From the IMG/VR virus record IMGVR_UViG_3300029305_001143: a stretch of 64,000 bases of DNA; one strand, written 5' to 3'. The stretch comes from an uncultured virus (IMG/VR IMGVR_UViG_3300029305_001143) (taxonomy: Duplodnaviria > Heunggongvirae > Uroviricota > Caudoviricetes). Shown piece after piece: positions 57,008 through 64,000 of the stretch (the first letter of the stretch is position 1; every line of letters starts with the position of its first letter). Under the pieces are notes generated by a model that was given only the letters and a program-made list of their open reading frames with translations, ran no database searches and was not told the DNA's origin. The position numbers were made by a program, and so were the translations under genes.

Positions 57008-58480
57008 TTATTCGACAGCTATACCATTAGCTTCCAGTACTTCATTGAAATCAGCACCAGTGCTAGTGATAGTAAAGTAAATAGGAATCTCCTCAGCAGC
57101 CTTAGTAGGTCTAATCATGACCATACAAGGCATTCTGTAGTTGTCGATATCCTCATCAGTGACGATAGTCTCACCCTTAATCACTCGATAATCATAGATA
57201 CCACGCTTAGACTGAATATTCTTCAGCACAGGGATAATCTTCATCTCGAAGCTATTCCAGGTGACTCTATCGTTAGGCTCGAAGGTCAGGTAGTTACAGG
57301 CAGCAGTGATGACTCTCTTCAGATAGTTCATCAGTCTACGTACGTTGACTCTGTTCAGAGCAGTATCAGCTCTCAGCAGAGTCTTCTGCCCCCACAGGAC
57401 CAGTCCAACCTGAGGATCATCGTACAGAGCATTGACATTATTGCCGTCACTATACAGCATCTCGGTATCAACCTTGTTCAGCTTAGTGATAGAGTCTAAG
57501 ACTCCTCTCACTACACCTCTATTCAGACCAGCAGGAGCGTACCAGACTTCAGTAGTACGATCACTGTAAGCGTAGGTAGCAGCTACCACGACACTAGGAG
57601 GTACGTTGACCTTGACCTTATTGACAGAGTCATAGATAGTCACCCAGTCATAATACAGAGCACCATAGCTGGAGTTGAATGCAGGGTGTTCGAAGTCTCC
57701 TCCTCCTAGATGCCAAGCAGCAACACCATCTCTAGTAAGTCCCTCAGGAGGATCTACCAGATATAGGCAGTCGCCTCTAGTCTCCGCAATGGAGAGCATA
57801 GCAGTGATGACAGCAGCAGAGGACTGTCCAGGAACAGCGAACAGGTTCATGTCGATAGTGTCAGCTACCAGAGCTTGAGCAGCATTGATATAGTCTCCAT
57901 CATCGATGTCGTCCATACCGTCATTACCGCCCTCGAAAGTGTAACTACCAGCAGTCAGAGTGGCAGCAGCATTGACAGCTGATACCTTGAAGTACTTAGT
58001 AGTATAGCCTTCCACCATATCCTCTAGCTTGACTCCCTTCAGAGACTCTAGAGTGATACCTGCGATATTCTTCAGTACTAGATCATAAGATCCATCTGTC
58101 TCACTATCCTTGATAGTGATGACATAACCGTCAGCGTAAGTACCCTTTTCTAATACCTGGAGAGTAATAGCGTCTGTCACTGTAGTACTCTCGCTGTTAG
58201 TACCTGCGATTAGGGCGGTAGCTTCAGCTGCTGACTTACCTGCAGCTCTGACGAAATAAAGCTTGGAGGACTGACTTAAGAAGTACTGACCAGCGTAGAG
58301 ACCGTAACTTCTAGTGTCCAGAGGACCGAACTTGGATACCAGATCCTGAGCACTAGTACAGACTGTCGCTACTCCGACAGGACCTCTTGTAGCAGTACCT
58401 ACGACAGCTAAGATAGTCTTAGCAGCATAGGCTACATAATGCGAATAGTCTCTTTCTATCGCATAAGTTCCTATTTTCAT
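57008..58480 (-). CDS. Contractile tail sheath protein
   Basis: VGTATRGPV, WYAPAGLNRG, WGQKTL, RVNVRRL, FEPND. Confidence 0.95.
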   Translation of the reverse strand: MKIGTYAIERDYSHYVAYAAKTILAVVGTATRGPVGVATVCTSAQDLVSKFGPLDTRSYGLYAGQYFLSQSSKLYFVRAAGKSAAEATALIAGTNSESTTVTDAITLQVLEKGTYADGYVITIKDSETDGSYDLVLKNIAGITLESLKGVKLEDMVEGYTTKYFKVSAVNAAATLTAGSYTFEGGNDGMDDIDDGDYINAAQALVADTIDMNLFAVPGQSSAAVITAMLSIAETRGDCLYLVDPPEGLTRDGVAAWHLGGGDFEHPAFNSSYGALYYDWVTIYDSVNKVKVNVPPSVVVAATYAYSDRTTEVWYAPAGLNRGVVRGVLDSITKLNKVDTEMLYSDGNNVNALYDDPQVGLVLWGQKTLLRADTALNRVNVRRLMNYLKRVITAACNYLTFEPNDRVTWNSFEMKIIPVLKNIQSKRGIYDYRVIKGETIVTDEDIDNYRMPCMVMIRPTKAAEEIPIYFTITSTGADFNEVLEANGIAVE

Positions 58481-58504
58481 AGTGAGAATCCCTCCTTAGG
58501 ATGA

Positions 58505-58888
58505 TTAAATTTCATTATGAGATCTATTCTTATGAGAAGCTAAGCCTCTCGCAGAACCAAACTCTGCACCACAGATATCACAGATGAAAGTCTCTCCTGC
58601 TAGAGGAGCGGTATCCTCTACATCAGGAGTAGGCTCATCAGGAGTGGCATCAGGGTCAGCATTATCAACAGCAGGAGGAGTCTCTACCGTAGGAGCTGAG
58701 ACTCTCTGTACGACTGGAGCTCCTTCGATTTCGAAGATACCAGTAATATCATTAGGCTCGACAATGATCATTCTATCGAGATCTGTAGTACCAAAAGGTA
58801 CAACATAGATATCATACAGTCTCTTCTCTCCTACGATCTCCCTCACTACCATCTTCTGGACATTTGGAGTCAAATTCTTAATCTTCAT
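58505..58888 (-). CDS. Hypothetical protein with C-terminal C2H2 zinc finger
   Basis: FICDICGAEFGSARGLASHKNRSH and a Pro/acidic linker. Start placed at ATG 58888. Confidence 0.6.
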   Translation of the reverse strand: MKIKNLTPNVQKMVVREIVGEKRLYDIYVVPFGTTDLDRMIIVEPNDITGIFEIEGAPVVQRVSAPTVETPPAVDNADPDATPDEPTPDVEDTAPLAGETFICDICGAEFGSARGLASHKNRSHNEI

Positions 58889-59513
58889 CCGACAAGTCTC
58901 CTTCATAATCTTCATAAATATTAACAGGGATACAACCACAGAACTTAGTAGTCTTCACATCTCTCACGAGAGTGATGCGAGCATCTATAGTGAATGTGAT
59001 AGTGTGCCTGTAAATCTTTCCTATCTCTGTCTCTCTTTCTAAGTCAGAGTTATCTGTCCAAGATACATCTAATATATGGAATCTGCCATTCTCTCCATCT
59101 GGATTGATAGGAACTTCCAGTACTTGATCTTGCATATAAATCTTCGATATCAAGGAGATAGCCATATTATTCACTTCTACAGCCTTAGATGCCCAGATAT
59201 CCACATTATATGTTAGATTAACAGGTATATTCTGTACATACCTTGCTTCACGATCGAAGTCTGAATATCCTCTAAGTCTCACAAAATCACCTGTTACTGT
59301 AGCAGGATTATTCATGCGACTGAAGTCTATCTCGAATGAAGGATTACGATAGTAGCTGACGAAGTTCCAAGGCTTCTTATCAGCAAACTTCTCTCTCCTA
59401 GTGATATTTCTGACAGCTGTCTGAGTAGTAGAGTAAATAATGGCAGGAGATATGCTAGCTAAGTACGCATACACCGCTCTGTCATAGAGTTCTAACTCAG
59501 AGTACTCCTCCAT
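58878..59513 (-). CDS. Putative tail terminator/completion protein
   Basis: Position; PVNLTYNVDIWA...IYRHTITF. Confidence 0.55.
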   Translation of the reverse strand: MEEYSELELYDRAVYAYLASISPAIIYSTTQTAVRNITRREKFADKKPWNFVSYYRNPSFEIDFSRMNNPATVTGDFVRLRGYSDFDREARYVQNIPVNLTYNVDIWASKAVEVNNMAISLISKIYMQDQVLEVPINPDGENGRFHILDVSWTDNSDLERETEIGKIYRHTITFTIDARITLVRDVKTTKFCGCIPVNIYEDYEGDLSDED

Positions 59514-59514
59514 A

Positions 59515-59997
59515 CTATATCACTCCTTTCATTAAGAGATATCCTTTGAACAGATCATAGATGTTAGAATTGATTTCTCTGATGATCTTAGAGAAGATAG
59601 GACGGGCATTGAATTTAGATGTACCACTATCGATAGCACGTAGTACTTTCGAGAGAGGGATCCTAGTGCCTGGATACATGTACCGAGGATTGAATCTCAC
59701 CATGCAGTAGTAACCTATCTTCTTAGCCTCTAGTGCATCTCTCATCAGTAGAGTCATATCCTCTACAGGAGTCACGCCTATATACTCTTTATATCCATCA
59801 TCGTCAACAGGCTCCCACTTGCCTTTATATCTATTAGAATATATAGCTTCTACTAGGAGCCTACCATAGAGTTCTAGGACGTACTCAGAGAAAGACTTTA
59901 TCATCAATACTAAAGTCTTTTTATCTATGGTATCATCCAGAGACTCACTATAGTCCATCAACTTATTTATACTTATTTTAATATCTAGGTTACTCAT
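59515..59997 (-). CDS. Putative neck/tail completion protein
   Basis: GTSKFNARPIF motif; position. Confidence 0.5.
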   Translation of the reverse strand: MSNLDIKISINKLMDYSESLDDTIDKKTLVLMIKSFSEYVLELYGRLLVEAIYSNRYKGKWEPVDDDGYKEYIGVTPVEDMTLLMRDALEAKKIGYYCMVRFNPRYMYPGTRIPLSKVLRAIDSGTSKFNARPIFSKIIREINSNIYDLFKGYLLMKGVI

Positions 59998-60463
59998 GCA
60001 TATCAGACCTAAACGGAACTAATTTACAAGTGTAATAGATAGTATTAGGGAATCCATTACCTTTGAAGTCTTTGATCAGGAATAGTCTCTTACTACTATT
60101 CTTATCGATAGGATTCGCTACCAGAGTAACTCTGTCATCTACAGCTGGATGGAATGAGGCTACCTTACCATCACGCTTCAGATACATGACTGGAATATAT
60201 GCTATCACAGGGAAATCCTCTGTTTCTACATACCATCCGAAAGATCTTAAAGTCTTGATACTAGGCACTTCCTCATAAGTAATCCAGGTATCTATCATAG
60301 CATCGAATGAATCATCATCGATTACATCATTGTAGAAGTCATAAGCTTTCTCGTGCTGATCAGCTATTGACTCTATCTGACACTTGATACCATGTACTTT
60401 CATATTCTCGTACATCTGTTTTCTATGATAGAGTGTCTCTTTCTCAGATATCTGTAACCCCAT
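59990..60463 (-). CDS. Putative head-closure/neck protein
   Basis: Position in the head-tail block. Start placed at ATG 60463 behind GGAGGTG. Confidence 0.45.
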   Translation of the reverse strand: MGLQISEKETLYHRKQMYENMKVHGIKCQIESIADQHEKAYDFYNDVIDDDSFDAMIDTWITYEEVPSIKTLRSFGWYVETEDFPVIAYIPVMYLKRDGKVASFHPAVDDRVTLVANPIDKNSSKRLFLIKDFKGNGFPNTIYYTCKLVPFRSDMHE

Positions 60464-60467
60464 CTTC

Positions 60468-60959
60468 TCACCTCCGTAGGAACTTACCTTGCTCAATATC
60501 TCGAGCGATAGAGTTCCAGTTCATAGGTAGAACGGAGATAGCAGAATAGCAGTGTTTACACATGACTCCCTGTAACTTAGGATTCCTAATCTTAGGGAAT
60601 CTATGCTCATCTCTATCCTCATTAGTATCTAACTGAGTCAGTATGTACTTATAACCCCAATAGAGATACGCAGGACAGTTACAGCTGATCTTGACATCTC
60701 CTGCTAGAGCAAGTCTTACTTTATCTCTAACAGTCATATCCTCATCTTCTGCAACTTCTGCATAGTCCAAGAGACTAATCTTGACGACATAATTCCTAGG
60801 AGGTTGAGTAGTGACTGAAGGTACTCGGAAGAATACTGTATAGTCTTCTGTGATGCCTAGATATCTAGCTTGTCGAACTAGCTTAGCCTTATCCTTAGTC
60901 CATTTATCTACATCAGCTACTAGATCTTTTCTAGTGAGCTCATCGATTCTCTTGCTCAT
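60468..60959 (-). CDS. SWIM-type zinc-finger protein
   Basis: SCNCPAYLY...MCKH. Confidence 0.6.
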   Translation of the reverse strand: MSKRIDELTRKDLVADVDKWTKDKAKLVRQARYLGITEDYTVFFRVPSVTTQPPRNYVVKISLLDYAEVAEDEDMTVRDKVRLALAGDVKISCNCPAYLYWGYKYILTQLDTNEDRDEHRFPKIRNPKLQGVMCKHCYSAISVLPMNWNSIARDIEQGKFLRR

Positions 60960-60972
60960 AAGCTCACCATCC

Positions 60973-61680
60973 TCAGACTCTGATACCCCAACGTAGGTTC
61001 TGGAATTCGTTCACTAGTCTAGATTCGATATCCTGCTTCTCACTCATACCTTCAGACACTAAAGAGTCTCCATCTAACTGAATAGCTCCTGGAGCAGACT
61101 GCAGCTTTCTACGGATATTTCCTTCGATAATCTTGCAGAGAGCGAGTGCATACTCTTTCACTCTCTGTAGTACATCTACATCTTCGATCTCCTCTATGTT
61201 ACGATACTGTCTAAAGTATCTAACGCAGAGTTTATCTCCGTCATGATTACTAATGTAGAGTTTATGAGTACTCTTCTCGAATCTCCAGTCAGTCAGTCTT
61301 ACGAAGCTTTGCAGTGTGGATACTGCATTCTTCTGCATCAAGAAGATATAAGGATCACTCAGGTCATTGTAGTTGTAGAGATATCTACTGACAGAGAATA
61401 AGTCAGTATCATCAGCGACTACTCTAGCCTTAGTAGCAGAAGGTTTATCTAAGTTTAGTATCTCTACGACCGTAGTCGTATCGACAGGTAACTGGATACT
61501 ACCTCCTGATACATCGAACACTTCTGTACATACATAAGGAGCATAAACACTAATCTTCCTCAATGCTTCCTTGACCTTAGTCTCGATAGAAGAGTCACTG
61601 ATACCTAGAGAGTTGATATCGCATCCTAGATCAACTTTAATCTCTTGTACTAAATCCTCTAATAGCACGAGGTAGCTCAT
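60973..61680 (-). CDS. Neck / head-tail adaptor (T4 gp13-like)
   Basis: KEYALALCK..GNIRRK...IQLDGDSLVSEG; follows the capsid gene. Confidence 0.7.
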   Translation of the reverse strand: MSYLVLLEDLVQEIKVDLGCDINSLGISDSSIETKVKEALRKISVYAPYVCTEVFDVSGGSIQLPVDTTTVVEILNLDKPSATKARVVADDTDLFSVSRYLYNYNDLSDPYIFLMQKNAVSTLQSFVRLTDWRFEKSTHKLYISNHDGDKLCVRYFRQYRNIEEIEDVDVLQRVKEYALALCKIIEGNIRRKLQSAPGAIQLDGDSLVSEGMSEKQDIESRLVNEFQNLRWGIRV

Positions 61681-61706
61681 CTCCTTTCAGTAAGTTTATA
61701 GAGAAA

Positions 61707-61735
61707 TAGGGGAGGAGGATCTCCCTCCTCCCCTA
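61707..61735 (-). terminator. Intrinsic terminator after the major capsid gene
   Basis: TAGGGGAGGAG / CTCCTCCCCTA followed by TTTCT on the minus strand. Confidence 0.7.
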
Positions 61736-61770
61736 CTCTTGAGCCTAAATGCTCATTGAGAGACAACTAA

Positions 61771-63207
61771 TTAGATAGCAGGCACCATGCGAGTAGCAGA
61801 GAAGTTCTTGATAGAACCCTTAGCATACAGCTTGTTGTTCAGCATGATCTGACCATAGGAAGTAGCCAGACCCTTGCGGAAGATGAAGTCGTCCAGTACC
61901 TGAGTAGGAGTAGCGTACAGAGGCATGTAAGGAGCATAGACGAAGCCAGCATCCAGCCAAGAGCTACCCTTGTAGCCGAGCACGAAGTGGTCAGCATTGT
62001 AGAAGGGGTTCTTGTAGACAGTCCACTTGTTGGACAGAGTACCGATCTTGTGAGGACCATTGATCTGCTTAGTGCCCAGAGAGTCAGCCTTGAACTCTTC
62101 CAGAGTCTCGATGATGTTACACACATTGACACCAGCGATGATGAAGTTAGCTCCAACACGCTTAGTGCTAGTGAAGATCTTGTTGCTCATCTCAGTGAAC
62201 ATATCGATGATAGTACGCTTGTACTCCTGGTAGCTCAGAGAAGACTTGGGATTCTGGCAGTCCCACTCGAAGCCAGTGTGAGCAGCCTTAGCATACAGTT
62301 CCTTCAGCAGCTCGCCGTCGATCTCGAACTTGATCTCGTTGGACATAGCAGTGACCAGCTCGGACTCAGCGTCGATGCCCTTCATCTTCTGCAGTTCGAA
62401 GCCAGCATCAAGCAGCCAACGAGCACGCAGCTTGCGAGGGAAGGCTTCCAGAGACACAGAAGCCAGATCCAGATCGATCTGAGAGAAACCAGTGGTAGTC
62501 AGATCCATGTCGTAGCGATAGTCGACAGTGATAGGAGCGTCAGCAGCAGGAGCAGTGGTGAACTGCATGACTAGAGCACCAGTAGCATAGTTGATAGTAC
62601 CAGTGACACCAGCACCCTCGATAGCACCCTCGCCATTATCAGTAGCCAGGATACCGCCAGCATTGATAGCCACAGTGCCCTTGCGCAGAGGAGTGTAAGC
62701 CAGAGCGACAGAGAACTCGGTCTTAGAGCCATCACCTAGACCAGCAGACTCACCGAAGATTCTGTCATTGGAGAAGTTGAACTCTCCATCCTGACCAGTG
62801 AAGGGGTTGTTCAGAGCAGTGCCCTGCTGAACAGTGCCCTTGTTATTACCATACAGATACTGCAGGTAGAAGATAGCACCATGCTTGGCGTTCATAGGCT
62901 GAACGGACACGATCTCGTGAGCGATCAGGTTAGGAACAGTAGCGGAGATGACATCGAAGCCATAGTCGATGAAGGTACCCAGGTTAACAGCACGAGTAGT
63001 CTCGTCCATACGAGCAGCGTACTGATAGGTGTTCTCCAGCAGAGTAGCAGTGGTAGCGATGATAGTGTCGGAGATAGAAGTCTTGTTCTTCTCCTGATAT
63101 CCTTCACGGATAGCGACAGTGTAGTCTTTCCATCTACGAGACTCAGACAGATCTAAGCCACGAGCAATGACACTCTCAGCGAGAGTCTTGTTATTACTGA
63201 ACTTCAT
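61771..63207 (-). CDS. Major capsid protein (T4 gp23 family)
   Basis: PNLIAHEIVSVQPM, RKLRARW, LGYKG, DAGFVYAPYMPL; strong codon bias. Confidence 0.95.
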   Translation of the reverse strand: MKFSNNKTLAESVIARGLDLSESRRWKDYTVAIREGYQEKNKTSISDTIIATTATLLENTYQYAARMDETTRAVNLGTFIDYGFDVISATVPNLIAHEIVSVQPMNAKHGAIFYLQYLYGNNKGTVQQGTALNNPFTGQDGEFNFSNDRIFGESAGLGDGSKTEFSVALAYTPLRKGTVAINAGGILATDNGEGAIEGAGVTGTINYATGALVMQFTTAPAADAPITVDYRYDMDLTTTGFSQIDLDLASVSLEAFPRKLRARWLLDAGFELQKMKGIDAESELVTAMSNEIKFEIDGELLKELYAKAAHTGFEWDCQNPKSSLSYQEYKRTIIDMFTEMSNKIFTSTKRVGANFIIAGVNVCNIIETLEEFKADSLGTKQINGPHKIGTLSNKWTVYKNPFYNADHFVLGYKGSSWLDAGFVYAPYMPLYATPTQVLDDFIFRKGLATSYGQIMLNNKLYAKGSIKNFSATRMVPAI

Positions 63208-63223
63208 TGTGAATTAACCTCCA

Positions 63224-64000
63224 TTATACTTTTGATACTATAGCAGCCAACCCTGACAGCTTTCTATCCTTCTTGAGGATCTCACTCTCAGTCAGAGTTT
63301 GACTCTCAATCTTGATCTTAGCTGGACGAGTTCTACCTAGTGAAGACAGAGAATTCAATCTATTCTCGATTTCTTCGTCAGTAGTCGCTCCTTCTAGCAG
63401 CTCCGATACTTTACTATAAGACATGCCACGCTTTTCAACAGCTAGCTGCTTCTGAGTCTCAATAAGCTTCTCCTGCATCTGATCGTAATCTTCTCTAGTC
63501 AGCGAAGATTCCTTCAGAGAATTGTAAGCTTCTTGGAGCTTGAACATATTCTTGAGTAGCTTCTTGTACTTAGACTCAGACTCTTTTAGCTCTTGCTTCA
63601 GACTCTTGATCTGTTCTCTTGACTTGACTAATAGCTCAGTATCTGATTCGATAGTAGCTTGTGAAGATTCTAATAGACTTCTTAGACTATTGATCTCCAC
63701 TTCTTGTATATTAATCTCTTCGTTAGGAGTAGTCTTCCTCTCGATGAGAGATTCACGGATTCTATGTATCATATCCCGGATAGATTGAGTCTCTACTGCT
63801 TCATTCAAAGGTAGCTTAGACTCGATATAGTGTAAGCTATCAGAGAGCTCAGTAGATTTATCTGGAGATAAGATAGCGCTAGCGAATGATGGATCAGCTA
63901 CTAAGTCATAAGTGATAAGCTTCAACTGAGTAACATCTACTCCATCTCTAACTTGTCTAGTAGCTCCCAGACCTCTGGAAGAGATACCTAAGGGAATGCC
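63224..64000 (-). CDS. Prohead protease (T4 gp21-like) fused to a coiled-coil scaffold, 5' truncated by the window
   Basis: The frame is open to 64000: GIPLGISSRGLG...TYDLVADPS, then a coiled coil. Confidence 0.85.
   Translation of the reverse strand, partial: GIPLGISSRGLGATRQVRDGVDVTQLKLITYDLVADPSFASAILSPDKSTELSDSLHYIESKLPLNEAVETQSIRDMIHRIRESLIERKTTPNEEINIQEVEINSLRSLLESSQATIESDTELLVKSREQIKSLKQELKESESKYKKLLKNMFKLQEAYNSLKESSLTREDYDQMQEKLIETQKQLAVEKRGMSYSKVSELLEGATTDEEIENRLNSLSSLGRTRPAKIKIESQTLTESEILKKDRKLSGLAAIVSKV

Noticed and set aside
61987..62574. 195-aa plus-strand ORF and the other short antisense ORFs in the track
   Set aside because: They are shadows of well-supported genes such as the major capsid gene.
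1..64000. Stop-codon reassignment suggested by abundant TAG/CTA
   Set aside because: Genes are full length under code 11, and TAG is used as a stop (44558, 59515).
1..64000. tRNA/rRNA genes, introns, inteins, integrase or transposase
   Set aside because: None were recognised. Intergenic gaps are short, and the helicases and topoisomerase subunits are uninterrupted and of normal length.

Overview
The window is 64 kb of a large contractile-tailed (myovirus) dsDNA phage genome. The host is probably a Firmicutes/Clostridia-type bacterium, inferred from the GGAGG RBSs, the amidase-SH3 endolysin and the XkdX- and DUF6273-like proteins. Almost all genes are on the minus strand. From right to left they are: prohead protease/scaffold (partial), T4 gp23-like major capsid, neck, sheath, tube, tail chaperone (possible +1 frameshift), tape measure, baseplate, a long tail-fibre/adhesin array, a lysis cassette, a DUF4815-like protein, a sigma-factor-like gene, and a replication/nucleotide block (type II topoisomerase B and A, tandem nucleoside deoxyribosyltransferase-like protein, SF2 helicase, DnaB helicase, primase, divergent ThyX, two P-loop kinases, and the probable start of a DNA polymerase). 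The only plus-strand unit is a tightly coupled six-gene operon at 11566-17040: HD nucleotidase, PIG-L deacetylase, LpxD-like N-acyltransferase, PaaK-like CoA ligase, KamA-like 2,3-aminomutase and a T4 alpha-glucosyltransferase-like enzyme. I read it as a candidate new DNA hypermodification pathway that installs a beta-aminoacyl-aminosugar on a modified base. All-GC palindromes look depleted while A/T-containing ones are abundant, which fits this idea. Two distinct bipartite promoter motifs recur with fixed spacing. All family assignments are from motif recognition, not database searches.
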